From positions 102,238,001 to 102,302,000 of the forward strand of contig NC_043001.1 in NCBI RefSeq assembly GCF_006345805.1: a DNA stretch of 64,000 nucleotides. Direction: 5' to 3'. Both the position numbers and the translations under genes were made by a program. Position 1 is the stretch's first letter. Each line of letters begins with the position of its first letter. The notes below the pieces were generated by a model. That model was not told the DNA's origin. It saw only the letters and a list, made by a program, of their open reading frames with translations, and searched no databases. This document shows positions 49,305 to 63,275 of the stretch, piece after piece. The DNA is from Octopus sinensis (lineage: Eukaryota).

Positions 49305-51879
49305 TCAACCATTATTAGAATGCAATGGGATGTAATATAGTCTGGTCCTCCACCAATTCTACCAATCTGTTGCTAGCCATACTAATTCTGTACTTACCAA
49401 CTGACCAGAGCTTTTTTACTATACATATTGTACACATTTTCAAAATGACACATAGAATTACACATACATGGGCATATGTATATTGAATAGTTCTGCAGCA
49501 ATTAGCCAATCAGATTTCAAACTTCAAATATAGTTGAATGCCTTCTTTATATTCACAAAGAATTCTCTGTCTGATTCAACTGAGTAGAGCCTCTTCACAG
49601 TATCAACCAGACTATCAGATGTTGTTATACATCACTGATCACAATGATCTTGGCACTGATCACAATGCTCTTGGCACTGATTTAGCTTTCAAATGATACC
49701 ACACTGCTGGTTAGGCAAGAGGGCCAACGTTCCTCCTGCTCAGAAGGTTATTCCATTGCAGGGTTCACCCATTTGCAGCTGAGTGGACTGGAGCACATGA
49801 AATGAAGTGTTTTACTCAAGGACACAATGTGCTACCCAGTCTGGGATCGAACCCATGATTTTGTGATTGTGAGTGCAGCACCCTAACTACTAGGCCATGC
49901 ATCTTTTAAGGAGAGCTGATTAGATCAGTTAACCGCTGAGAGTTGCTTTTCTAACTCATTACACAACTGAGTGTAATCCTTCTGGATCAGCCATATGCCC
50001 GAAAGTCATTTTCCAAAGCAGCTGCACACCTTTGAGACTATTCCGTCAATTGCATATTTTTGTGCATGTATTTTGGTGCAGTGTCTTACAGGCGACAAGA
50101 AATTTGAATGCAAGTCTAAAATTATTTGTGCAATCATAGAAACACACGAAATTTCCTCCTCAGTTTTAAAGGGGTGGGTGGGATGGGCAGTTGAATACTG
50201 TTTATAATATCCAACAATATGACAAGCTATGAATATTCCAACACTTGCCATACCTAGCTTCCTTATAATTACATTTATCACAAGGAGACTGTGTTTATTT
50301 GCAATACTATCAAGACTTAAAATATCTGTAAACTACTCCATGAAAAAATTATATTGCAGAACAACCATTCTGGCCATTTAAGATACATAAAAGAATTAAA
50401 TAGATTTTTCATTTATTTCAGCAGCTGTTGACCATTGTTATTGTCCAACTGTGACATAGACAGTGACAAAACTCCAGAAATATTTGCAAACTTTATTGAC
50501 ATTATTGGTGAGAGAGAGAGAGAGAGAGAGAGATTGTGTGTGTGTGTGTGTGTGATGCCACATAAAGTACCCAGTACACTGTGTAAAGAGGTCGATGTTA
50601 GGAAGGGCATCTAGCTGCAGAAACCACACCAAAACAGACAACAGAATCTGGTGCATCTCCTGCCCTTGCCAGCTCCTGTCAAACCATCCAACCCATGCCA
50701 GCATGGAAAATAGATGTTAAACAATGAAGATGATGATAGTGGTGGTGGAGATGAGGGACCCTCATGTCATCCACAATATATTGAAGTTTTTAATTTAAAC
50801 ATGAGCATTTTAGTACAGGTAGTGTTTAGCAGATTAGTATCAAAAGATTGAAGTTGTATACAGCTTCATTCAAATATGGCTAAACATTAAAAAAAAAACC
50901 CCAAAAATGATCTGCCTAGATTTTCTGAGTGTACCTGTGTATATATGAGCAAATATGGATGTTAAAACAATAAAGATTATGATGTTTGTGTGTGCATGTA
51001 GCAGTAATTGAAGTACTGTTTTGGTTATGTTTGTTCGGTTCAAGAGTCAACCAGAAAGAATGGTAACTCATTTTAAGCACATTTAACATTGCTAGTAGAA
51101 TGTTTGTTTGAATAGTATAAGACAGGCTTATAGTGTGTTTAGCATACAAAGAGAGAAACGGGATCAACCAAATTCTTTGGCACATTTGCAGCTCTCTTTA
51201 GAATTGTGGATTAAAAAGTGAGCCAAGTGCTTTACATATGAATGAAAGGTTGAACATAGCAAAAACAAAAAGATCACTAATTTAAAGAAAAAAAAAAGAC
51301 ACCATCAAGAATTCAATAAAACTAGTGATGGAATATGTTGAGGTGGGGTGGAGAGCAGTAAATAAAATTCATAAAATAAGGTAAGTTTGCATGCTGTAAA
51401 GAGATGTTAGTTCTGATATTTCAAGCGTGGCCTTTCTTCTAAGAAATGAGAAGTGTGAACATCAGAACTCAGTTCTCCTCACGCACACTTGTCTTATTTT
51501 ATTACTAAGAAACATGAGCTTCAAGGGAAGCATATAAACAAGAGACGGGTTGGCTTAAGGGAGATCAGATGTACAGTGATTGATTGATATTTAAAAGGAG
51601 CAGTAGTTTCTATTTTATGTATGGTTAAGATGAGTGGAGTAATTGATATGGTGGTGCAACTTCAAGCTTATTTCATTTTCTATTTTAGTTCAACTTTCCA
51701 TAACACTAGACAACAAAGATATGGTACAGGAAAAAATACAAAACTGTTGTTGCTAGGTAAATTCAAGTCATTATTTAGAAATTTTTTTTTATCATGTCCA
51801 GATTTTTTGAAATTTAATTCTTGTTAGTTTGTGCATGCATTAAGATTAATACATAGTCTTACTCGTTTTCACATGACAG

Positions 51880-52450
51880 GGTGCGAATGTAATTACTTTT
51901 ACAGATGCAGAGCGGTAATTAAGAATGCCATCAAAAAGACTAGCTTGGATAAATCAACCAGACAACTCTCGGTCTGTGGACAATGTACACTCATTCAACA
52001 TAGTAACACCATCAAAACTGAAACTTGCCTACAAGTCATATTTCGGTTGTAAGACCAAAGGAAGGCTTGGGCTCCACATATTGGCCATGCACCGTACAAT
52101 GCAGTGTTAATTAACAACATGGCTGAATACTAATAGAAAAGCAATTCCATTCACAGTATCTGTGATTTCGTATGACAAGGATCCTGAAGAGTGGAGACTT
52201 TTCATTAAATCTAGTAAAGTGGCTTTTCAAGCTGTCTTACTCCACAATACCAATGAGAAACCTTCAATAACTATAGAAATACCACTGATCTTCAGAAAAC
52301 TTGTGAAAATAAGGAAACTGTTGTTGAGGATCAGCAAATACAAGGAGCACACATGAAATATTGGCGTCATCTTAAAGTTATATTACTGCCTCTTGGCCAA
52401 CAGCTGGGCAACACAAAGAAGTAACTTGTTGCTTCTACGGAATAACAGAG
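51880..52450 (+). mobile_element. Chapaev3-like (CMC) DNA transposase remnant
   Basis: Fragments include INQPD..., KLAYKSYFGCK...KAWAPHI and EEWRLFIKSSKVAFQAVLLHNTNEKPSI...KYKEH. These match recalled Chapaev3 motifs (AY..YFG...WAPH; WRLFIDSSK.SLKAVLLHN). The remnant is frameshifted. Confidence 0.6.
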
Positions 52451-52909
52451 TTGATAAAAGCTGATGCTGATGGATCAGAGAGCCATGGTGTCATCTGTGA
52501 CTCGTCACTTGCCTCAAAAAGAACAAAAAAAAAAGAAAGAAAGAAACAGAGCTGAGAGCATGAAGATCTCTAAGGACAAACTCAGTGCATCATCTCTGGA
52601 ACACGTTATGAATATTCAAACTCATCATCTGCAGAATAGGATCTTAAAGGTTGCAAAAATTACAAATCTTGAGGACAAGACAGTGATGTCTATGGTGTAG
52701 AAATCCAGAGAGTTACAGTTTAGCTACCACGGCCTGTGGATCTTAATAATTTTAAGGATATTGATGGCTAGCTGTAATGATTTAAAAATTGCCACGGAAT
52801 GTAACAAAATTACCCATGGTAAAATAGGGAGGACACCAAATAAGGAAATCAAATCATCTAGAAAGAAATGAAATGACTTTTCAAGTATGAAAGGCTCCTA
52901 ATTTCTCAT

Positions 52910-53340
52910 TAAAGAGACGATGAAGCAGGATTGTTTTGGCAGTCTACTTCAGAAATATTCAAACTTTTAACAAAAGTCACTAGACATTATATGAACACAG
53001 ATGGTATGTGCTTTTTAAAGTTTGTTTTGGTGAGGTGGGTCAGCATATCTGCAAGTTCTGAAAGACATACAAGTATTTATTACCATATCAAGAAATTATG
53101 GCTCAACATGACTATTTCCAATTGCTGGTTCTTCTCACGTTTCATTCCTGAGGCGCAAAAATATCAGGAGGATGTACTCACTTTCTACTGACGAATGAGG
53201 TCACTGCTAATTTTGGACAATGCACCTGCTCTCCCATTTGGTCCCTAACATGTACCAAATGAATAGAAAATATGGTGCATGTTGTTACAATTCTATGGTA
53301 CCTCCATGATCTAGAAAATGGATCAAAGTATAATTTTTAG
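52910..53340 (+). mobile_element. Tigger/pogo DDE transposase remnant
   Basis: DEAGLFWQS...NTDG, then WF..RFIPE...LLILDNAPA...MDQSII (the DETGLFW / LDNAPAH / MDQ.II pattern). Confidence 0.75.
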
Positions 53341-54314
53341 CCTGATTATACCACGTGGTCCTGGGTTCAGTCCCACTGCATTACACCTTGGGAAAGTGTC
53401 TTCCAATATCACCTCAGGCTAACCAATGCTTTGTAAATGGATTTGGTGGACAGAAACTGAAAGAATCCCATGGTACATACATCATATGTGCATGTGTGTG
53501 TGTGTGAGACCACTGCTTGATGACTGGTGTCGGTGTGTTTATGTCCCCATAATTTAGTCGTTAAACAAAAGAGACCGCTAGAGAAAGTATCAGGCTTAAA
53601 AGAGAAAAATGTACTGGGGTTGATTCATTCAACAAAAAATTCTTCAAGGCAAATGCCCCAGCATGGCCACAGGCTGAAACAAGTAAAAATCTAAATTTCG
53701 AAGGGAATGTGAGGCACCTAAATGCTGGTTGTCCTTCAGATGTAAGCCTTTACTCTTAGTTCAGTCAGCCAAACAAGCAACCTTTTCTCTTAATTAGTAT
53801 AATTTAAGAAGGGACGACGGAGTTAATTATGTGTGTTTGTCTAAATGCACTGATTTTTTTAATAAGGATCTATTCTTATCTGATTGATTTATCTTTTATC
53901 TTTTACTTGTTTCAGTCATTAGACTATGGCCATGCTGGAGCACCACCTTGAAGAATTTTTAGTTGAATGAATTGATTCCAAGACTTGTTTCTTTAAAACC
54001 TGGTACGTGGTCTCTTTCACTGAACCACTAAGTTACAGGGACATAAACACACCAACACTGGTTGTCAAGTGGAGGTGCTGGTAGGGCAGGTGGGGGAAAA
54101 CACAGGCACAAATACACACACACACATAGATATAATATGACAGGCTTCTTTCAGTTTCCATCTATCAAATCCACTCATAAGGTTTTGGTTGGCCTGAGGC
54201 TATAGTAGAAGACACTTGCCTAAGGTATCACACAGTGGGACTGAACATAGAACCATGTGGTTCAAAAGCAACCTTCTTACCACACAGCCATGCCTGCCCC
54301 TATTTGTTATTAAG

Positions 54315-54541
54315 TAAAAGGCAGTGAGCTGGCAGAAACGTTAGCACGCCGGGCAAAATGCTTATTCGTATTTTGTCTGCCGTTACGTTCTGAGTTCAAA
54401 TTCCGCCGAGGTTGACTTTGCCTTTCATCCTTTTGAGGTCGACAAATAAAGTACCAGTTACACACTGGGGTCGATGTCATCGACTTAATCCCTTTGTTTG
54501 TCCCCTCTATGTTTAGCCCCTTGTGGACAATAAAGAAATAC
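54315..54541 (+). mobile_element. SINE family D
   Basis: 13-bp TSD ATTTGTTATTAAG at 54302-54314 and 54542-54554. Confidence 0.9.
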
Positions 54542-55115
54542 ATTTGTTATTAAGGATATATTTCTCTGTACTTAGATGTGATTCATTTAAGAACTTATTT
54601 TGGGTACAATTGATCTCAGATACACATCATACATAAAAAAGCAGGGCAGCAGACAAGTGATGCTAGGACATATATGTAGCCATGGAAACCTCAGTCAAAA
54701 CCTCGTGTCATTGAAACGAGTGTTCTGTTTACATTAGGGTGGTTAGACAGCACAGAACTGAAATTACAAAAACGATGCTGTACTGAATATCCCTTAAACC
54801 AATTCCAGCCTTGGAAAATGAATGATGATGGTGATGATGTCAATATATATTTGAAAGACTAACCCTTTATTATAAGCTGTAAGATTTGAAAGAAATCATT
54901 CTCCAAAGGAATTATGAAAATGCCATAAAAGAATAGTGCAATGAAGATTTACAGGAAAGGACATGTGAATAGATTGTTAGCATTGGGTTTTCAATGATCC
55001 TCCTTATGTTATCCTGAATATATTTACTAGGATATTCAAAATAGATATGAGAACATCTTAAGGTTCCATACAGAGTATGTGATGTACAAACAAACATAAG
55101 GTTATTATAAGACAT

Positions 55116-55152
<37 letters not shown>

Positions 55153-56370
55153 GCAGAGAGAAGAGAAAGGAGAAGCAACAGAGAAAAGAGTAAGATTGAT
55201 GAAAATGTATACAAAACATTATTTATAATTTTTTTTTATATAATCTACCCAGTCGTTCCATGGCGTATGATGTCTTATGTAAGTATTAAAACTAGCCATT
55301 CTACCAGGTTATTATCCAACAAACCCATTAGAGAAAATCATATTTCTCCCGTCATTCAATTCTATCAGGTATCCAACAAAAAAAAAAAGTATACAACATG
55401 AGCTTATTTAAATAGAAAAAAAAAAGAAACACAAAAAACAAACTGAAAGCAACCCAAAACACTTCCATTCCATGAAATCTTCTTACTATGCAAATCACTC
55501 ACTTTATCAAATGGAATATATTATAAGAAATCTCGTTACTTCTCCAACTAAACCATCTACAAGCTATTCAAAAATGTATGGTTAACCCACTGAGTGTCAA
55601 GCTATGAAATCATAAAAGAACATCTTAGAATTTAATTCACTGTTCTGTTTGCAATCCTATTCCCTTTAATTCTTTCTGTTTGTTCATTTTGTTTTTGTCT
55701 TCATTAAGTAAAAATAATTAATGAAGATAATGATTTCAGATAGGAGAAAACTCTTCAAATAAAGATAGGATGATAGAATACTTTCTAATTTTCTTTTTAA
55801 TATGAAAATTCTTTTTTAATATAGAATGCCTTTGGTGGAATTGTCAGATCAAACTATTTGAAATTATGCCCCGCAGTCTTACGTTTTTGCCAATTTAATT
55901 CGATATATATTTCCAGCTGTCAGATATTTCCTGTTTTCAAACTTTATTACATTTTATAATGAACCAATACAGGAAAATACTAGCAATCACAGTTGCTGTA
56001 GTTGCCACCACCACCACCACTATTAATAATGATGACGACAACAAAAACAACAACAACAATGGTAATAACTCTTTAAAATCCTACTGAAATATAAGGAATA
56101 ATAAGAAAATCCCTTTTGCCAAATGCTTTCACTGTTTAACAATGTCTTTGTTAATTGCTTTCAACTTTTCTCCCCCAACAGTTTTTTTTTTAAATTTGTA
56201 AATTAATGAAAAGAAAAAGAAAACCATAACGATATATTTCCCAATGACCAGACATTGTTCAGAGTAACCTCATTAGTTCATTAAGAGGTCATTTATAAGA
56301 GCTCTTTCTCCAGACAACATGTTATCATCACTTCCACTACCTCCACAACCACCACTGCAACTATGTAAAT

Positions 56371-56640
56371 CAGGGGGTCTCAAACTTTTTGGGCTGCCGA
56401 CCCCCTCGTGGTCACATAATACCCCCAGCGCCCCCACCCCTATTTTTATGTATAAATAAATATAGTATATTTTACTAATTTATTTATATACTATGAATCA
56501 TTTGATATTTAATATAATATTATATAATTTGTATACAATGCTATAATAATATAATAAATTCATAGCGTCCCCCAATTCACTGCCTTCCTCCCAACGCCTC
56601 CTTTTTCTCCACCCCTTTAGGCACCAGTGCCCTCTCAACA
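56371..56640 (+). mobile_element. Possible hAT-type MITE remnant
   Basis: Left end CAGGGGGTCTCAAACTTTTT resembles a Charlie-like terminal repeat. The interior is GC-rich and the right end is not clear. Confidence 0.4.
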
Positions 56641-57117
56641 CTCACCGGGGAGTGGGGGGAAAGAACCTACGATGTAGATCATAATCATAATGTTCTTTCA
56701 TGTCAAATGTTCAATGCTAAGAATGTGCAGAGAAATCTATAAAAAACCAGTTTCTCAATGGACTATCTCTCTCTCTCCTTCTCCCCCCCTCCACTAATGC
56801 CTAACTTTTACATCTCTTACAACCCCATAAGTATTTGTAATACTAAACAAGCACACATGGAAACAGTGATTTCAAAGTCACAAGTAATTAATACATTGGA
56901 AGGAACTAATTATTATTTAATGTTTTAATTTAACTTTCTGACATTGAAAAAGATTAGTTTTTTTTTTTTTTTTTTTCCAGTTTACTTTCTCTATAAAGTA
57001 ATAACACAGAAAAATAAGTGTGAAGTTTCAAATAGAGTTTATAAGTCATTCTGGAGTAGAAGATCAGCACAGATCTACTCACATAACTTACTTATTTCTT
57101 TCTGGATATTCAGAAAA

Positions 57118-57567
57118 GTTTCCCAGATTTTGATGTGGTGTGAAAGAAGGAAAGTTGTAAATCTAGTTGAGTTAACGGTCCCTCAAGAAGATAACATGGA
57201 CTCAAAAGATTGACTATTATGTAAACCTACTCGAGGAATGTGAAGATGCAGGCTGGAAAGCGGAGCATTTTCCAATCGAAGTTGGATGTAGAGGGTTTGT
57301 TGGACACAGTGTGAGATGACTATTGTTATCGTTAGGCCTAACTCATCGTAAAGTCAATACCACCATGACTGATATCCAAACTACAGTGGAGAGGGCTAGC
57401 CACTGGATTTGGTTAAAAAGAGACGATGAGCGATGGCTAGAAGAATATTGAGCTTTATTTGATAACCAGTTGATCTGGCAAGCGGGTCTCATATCAGGGG
57501 GGGGGGGGTACTGATGCCGTCGAGAGGTAGGCCCCGAAATGGCACGCATTCTCTCCTGATGACCCCT
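57118..57567 (+). mobile_element. HERO-clade RLE LINE, 5'-truncated (endonuclease C-half + 3'UTR)
   Basis: ILMWCERRKVVNLVELTVPQEDNM-(frameshift)-YVNLLEECEDAGWKAEHFPIEVGCRGFVGHSVR*...VERASHWIWLKRDDERW*. Confidence 0.85.
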
Positions 57568-58599
57568 TACACTTGCTGGCTTCCAGTATGTGGAGTTTTT
57601 GACTGGTAGCACTTGCATGTGCAAGTTGTTTGCAAGACATATAAAACAGGATTATGGTTGTAAAGTAGGACAGACATAGTTTTGCAATGAGGGAAGAACA
57701 AACACTTTTCACAAATTTGTAAAGCAAATTTCAGTAAGCAATTCACTTGCCAAAGGCATGCAGTCTCCCCACCCAAAATACATGATTTAGGTTTATTTTA
57801 TAAAAATGTATTCAATTAGGCACAACTTGAAGTTTAATACAAAAATGTCCATTCATAATTAGCAACATACTCGGAGGATTTCAAAGATCCATACGACTAT
57901 AAATTTTAGCAAGAAAGTAGGAATCTCAGCCAAAAATGCTACATTTTTATTTAATCTTTTAAGTAAAATGTGCTGACTTAGAATTACAAATCCCATGCTT
58001 TAATGAAAGTATTTTCTGACCAGGTTTTAAACATTCAGAAACAATTGCCACTTAATGAGAAACAGAACAGCAAACTACTTTGCATCATAAAAGAACAAGA
58101 AATGTATGCAAATGAAGAACACACACACAATCTTGTAAGATGGAAATCATATTTGATTCTATATTTTTTTGAAAATTCTATAACATAATCTGATTGTAAG
58201 TAACAACATCATAGTAGAGAGCAGCTATAAAACTTATGTACAATTATGTAAGAGGTCTCCAGCAGTCTTGCTTTAATGCCAAAATTAAATGAATATAATT
58301 GACTTTGAATATTTACATTGACATTAAATATTCCAAATTATAAATTGGTTCTCAAAAGTTGAGGAACAATTTCAAGTTTTTTCCCAATACTTTAGGAAAA
58401 ATCTATAGTGGAATATTGAATAATGGAAACTCTAGTCTTCCTCTTAACTTCAATGGTTATGAGATACTCACTTATTCAAAAGATTAAGCAGAATTGCTAA
58501 TTCTACTTTTGATTCATCTGACCATGTCGTTCCAAATATTCCTTCTCAATGTGATGGTCCTTTATCTTATTTGTGTGTTACTTCTAAACCTATGACAAA

Positions 58600-58830
58600 A
58601 ATAATTTCAAGTTTTACCATTTCTTTTGCTATTTCTAATCTTGTCAATATTTTGCTATTGTTTTTTGCAAAACCACATTTCCAAACATCTTAAGCCATTT
58701 AAACTCATCTAATGTTTAGCTGAGTTTTCTTCCTTAGCTTGCTTGAAAGCAGCCCTTGTTCTGCCTATTATAAAAAATGGTGAACATTCCAGTTCTCACA
58801 ACTACCACTCAAAAGAAGCATTCTTAACAA
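58600..58830 (+). mobile_element. CR1/L2/Jockey-group RT N-terminal fragment
   Basis: Frame LKAALVLPIIKNGEHSSSHNYHS matches WK.A.V.PI.K.G......NYRPIS. Confidence 0.55.
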
Positions 58831-59376
58831 AGTCAATGATATATATATATATACTGGCACCTGTGCCGGTGACATGTGTAAAAGATTCGAGTGAGGTCGT
58901 TACCAGTACCTCCTGACTGGCACGGAAAAGCAGCCACTAAATTCTCGGAGTGGTTGACGTTGGGAAGGGCATCCAGCTGTAGAAACTCTGCCAGATCAAG
59001 ATTGAAGCCTGGTGCAGCCATCTGGTTCGCCAGCCCTCAGTCAAATCATCCAACCCATGCTAGCATGGAAAGCGGATGTTAAATGACAATGATGATGATG
59101 ATGATGATATGTGTGTGTGTGTGTGTGTGTGTAAATAAAGGCTACAAACCTCACTGAGAGATAACAAAATCCCATGAAAGTGCTGGTTAGTTACACAAAG
59201 AATGTTGAACATTACAGTTAATACTCAACAGCAAGGTAATTATATAAACCGAGGTTTATATGTATTTATTTATTATAATATGATACGAAAATAGAGAGAT
59301 AAGTAATAAATTATTATTTATTAATAAATAATAGTAACAATAATATTAATTATCTCTTTATTTTATTATAAATAAA

Positions 59377-60955
59377 TATCAGGTTATCCCATAAGTTCTG
59401 TCCGATTTTATCTTTTTTAAATTTGAATGAAATTTAATAGAATTTTAGAATGTCTAATGGAATTAAAATTTATTTTTATGCATTTGTATACATTTAAACT
59501 AATTAAATATTATTTTATAGAATAATAGGATTAAAATTTCTTTGATTAAAACCCTTTCTAACATGGAAGTATCCAAAGATCATTTGAGGCACATAATGCT
59601 TTATGAATACAAAAACGAAAACTCTGCAGCTGAAGCAACTCGAAACATACACTCAGTTTATGGGAAAGAATGCTTGAATGAAAGAACTTGCAGAAGATGG
59701 TTTGCAAAATTCAGAAGTGGAGATTTCAGCCTTGAAGATGAAGATCGAACAGGACGTCCAGTTGAGTTTGATGATAAGCTCTTGAAGCATTACTTGAAGA
59801 AAATCCTGCATTATCTGTTGAAGAATTGGCAATATAGCTTAGTTCAAACCATACAATGGTTCATCGTCATCTTCAAGAACTTGGAAAGGTTCCCAAACTT
59901 GGAAAATGTGTGCCTCATGAATTATCCGAAAGCAACCGCAAATCCCAAGTTGACATCTGCTCTTCTCTCCATTCTCGCAAACTCATTTCCCCCTTTTTGG
60001 ATAGACTAGGGACTGGTGATGAAAAATGGATCTTCTATCGAAATGTTAAACGTCGTAAACAGTGGCTTGGCAAAAGGGAAAACGCTCAACCACAACCGAG
60101 AAGGTAACTTCATAGGAAAAAGGATCTTCTCTCTATCTGGTGGGATTGCAAAGTAATTCACTTTGAATTGTTACCACCTAATGCAACAGTCAATGCTCAA
60201 GTCTACTGTCAGCAATTATAGCATTTAAACCAAACTTTGAAGAAAAAAAAGACCCGCTTTAGTGAATCGAAAAGAAGTGATGTTTCATCAGGACAATGTA
60301 CAACCCCACACTGCAAAGATCACATCACAGAAGATCGAAGAGCTTGACGTTCGTTCATCATTTAATGTCTGCTTTCCATGCTGGCAGGGGTTGGATGATT
60401 TGACTGAAGACTGGTGAACCAGATGGCTGCACCAGGCTCCAATCTGATCTGGCAGAGTTTCTACAGCAGGATGCCCTTCCTAACGCTAACCACTCCAAGA
60501 GTGTAGTGGGTGCTTTTACATGCCACCAGCATGAGAGCCAGTCAGGCAGTACTGGCAACAGCCACGCTGAAATGGTGTTTTTTTTACGTGCCACCTGCAC
60601 AGGAGCCAGTCCAGCGGCACTGGCAATGACATCGCTCAAATATTTTTTGGTTGGGAAAAAATTCTTCATCCACCTTTTCTCCCGACCTTGTTCCTTCAGA
60701 CTACCATTTGTTTCGTAGTTTACAGAATCATTTGAGGGACATAACAATCGCAACCCAGAGGGAGGTCAAAACTGACATTTCAGAGTTCTTCGGTTTGAAA
60801 CCAAAAGAGTTTCACATTGATGGGATCAAAAAGCTTGTAAATAGATGGAAGTCATAGATAATCAGGAAAAGTACATTGATGATTAAATTTCAATTAAATA
60901 TAACATTTGATCACTTTATTCAAAATTTGGACAGAACTTACGGGATGACCTGATA
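59377..60955 (+). mobile_element. Near full-length DD34D mariner element, pseudogenised, with a nested SINE
   Basis: TIRs TCAGGTTATCCCATAAGTTCTGTCCGATTT and its near reverse complement, with TA duplication. Transposase motifs are RWFAKFRSGDFSLED, CVPHEL, TGDEKW, HQDN, SPDLVPSDY. Spacing is 34 residues once the SINE is removed and one frameshift corrected. Confidence 0.95.
60347..60648 (-). mobile_element. SINE family C nested in the mariner DDE domain
   Basis: Splits the codons ...IEEL|GWEK... Family C motifs are present. Confidence 0.9.
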
Positions 60956-61017
<62 letters not shown>

Positions 61018-61884
61018 TGTATATGTACATGTATATATGTGTGTGTACACATACACACACATTGGGCTTCTTTCAGTTTCTCTGTACCAAATCCACTCGA
61101 AAGGCATTGGTTGGCCCAAGGTTAAGTAGAAGACATTTGCCCACGTTTCCACACAATGGGACTGAACCTGGAACCATGAGGTTGGGAAGAAAACTTCTTA
61201 CCACACAGTCACACCTGTGCCTATATGGAAACATTTCACATTGAAAAGAGAGTAAAGGAAGTGACCGAAATGAAAGCAAAAAGTAATTTCCCATACACAC
61301 AAGGAACTTCTACAAAACAAGGAAATTATGGAAGAAGCATTTGGTACTAATGTACCTTTCTCAAGAGTATTAGCATCATAAGAAGTTGTTCCAACTGGTT
61401 TGTGAAATTGGTTTGCTGATAAGTACCACATATTTTTTTTTTGCTGTTGTTGTTGTTTTTAAAGTAATTCCATGTGACAAGTGAATATATGTTCCAGCAT
61501 ATAAGAATACAGGATCAATCATTCAAGACATAGTGACCGGCATTAAATGAACTGGAGATGGAAGAGAAGGAAGTTGTTGTTTTTTTTAATACAATACAAG
61601 TGGGTGTTGAACAGAAACGGCATTAGTGAATTACAACTAACAGTAATAGATTGAAGCATTTATTTATTCAGCAATCCAATTATGCAGCATAAGTTGGATC
61701 TTATATAAAACTAATGCCCATTTCATCAGTGCTGAAGAATAGAAGAAAGAGAAAAAATAGTTTCATATTTAAGATTTAATTAAATTTTCCATATTCTCAA
61801 TTTTTTTTTTCATTTTCTTTGCTAAATTTTACACAATTATCCTAATACAATTTACATTGCACACACAACACACATATATACATA

Positions 61885-61995
61885 CATACATGTATGTATG
61901 TATGTATGTATGTATGTATGTATGTATGTATGTATGTATGTATGTATGTATGTATGTATGTATGTATGTATGTATGTATGTATGTATGTGTATGT
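61885..61995. repeat. (TATG)n microsatellite
   Basis: Directly visible; about 25 units. Confidence 0.95.
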
Positions 61996-62234
61996 ATGTA
62001 TATATTTATTTATTTATACATGTGTGTGTAAATAAGCTAAGGAGCTAAGAGAAACAACTCCCAGTAGCCAGTTGAATGAATTTAGATGATGAGGAAAGGT
62101 GTATGGAATACTATACAAGACAAGTTATTGATTAAATGAAACTATTTGCTTCAAAAGAAAGCAAACAAATACCTAATGGCTTTTACAACAACTCCAAATG
62201 AAATAGGGAGATAATCTCAATGATTCAGCAACAA

Positions 62235-62610
62235 GTGCAAGTGTGGCTGTGTGGTAAGAAGTTTGCTTCCTAACCACAGGTCCTGGGCTCAGTCCCACTG
62301 TATGACACCATGGACAAATGTCTTCTACTGTAGCCCTGGGTCAATCAAAGCTGTGTGAGTGGATTTGGTAAACAGAAGGTGAAAGAAACCTGTCATGAAT
62401 ATGTGTGTGCATGCACACGTGTGTCTTTGTCCCGTGTCACTGCTTGTCAACCGGTGTTATGCTTGGATTAGCAAAAAATGATCAACAGAATAAGCACGAG
62501 GCTTAAAACAAAACAAAAAAAAAGAAAATGTCTTGGGGTTGAGTCATTTGACTAAAGGCACTGCCCCAGCATGGCCACAGTCTCATGACTGAAACAAATA
62601 AAAGAAAAAC
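62235..62610 (+). mobile_element. SINE family B
   Basis: Family-diagnostic head and tail. Confidence 0.8.
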
Positions 62611-63275
62611 AGAACTCTGCTGAATGAACATGCCATTACGGGAAATACAGTGTTTCTTTTTCAAACATCAAGAGGACACTGGTGAATATGCATGTTGCTG
62701 CCTCGACAGGCATTGAGTGTCTGTTGGGATTGTGTGGTAGTTGTAAATGAGTGCCACTGTTATACAAGCAGTAATATTCATTTCCAATACTCACTGGAAT
62801 CTTGTCCAACCTTGGGGTAATATTACCTTTCTTGGAAACAGGTGAGGTTTGACAACAGGAAGGGCATCCAGCTGTGGAAAATCTGCCTCAAATAATTGTG
62901 GGAAATAGACATTAAATGATGGACACACACACACATGTATGTAGATATAAACACATGCACACACACGTCTTTATATACCTGTTACATCCATAAGATATAG
63001 GTTATCACAAGTCTTTGAGAGAAATAACAAACATAGGAATGGAGTAAACTAGAGCTGAAACTATAAAACATTTCAGCGGATCATGAGGAAAAAAAGACAA
63101 TAAGTAAGAAAAAAAAATGATGATAAGGATAATAATAGTTATTCTACATCAGTGGTTCCTAACCTGGGTAGTGACCACCCCTTATGAGTATTATGAATTT
63201 ACAAGGAAACAGTAGAATATCAAGAATGTGCTGAGAGTTTAGAGTAATCAGGATTCTTCTTACTAATAAAATATT

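Noticed and set aside
57520-57567. GAAA...CTGATGA in the HERO 3'UTR as a hammerhead
   Set aside because: Stem II cannot pair (GCCCC vs CCCCT).
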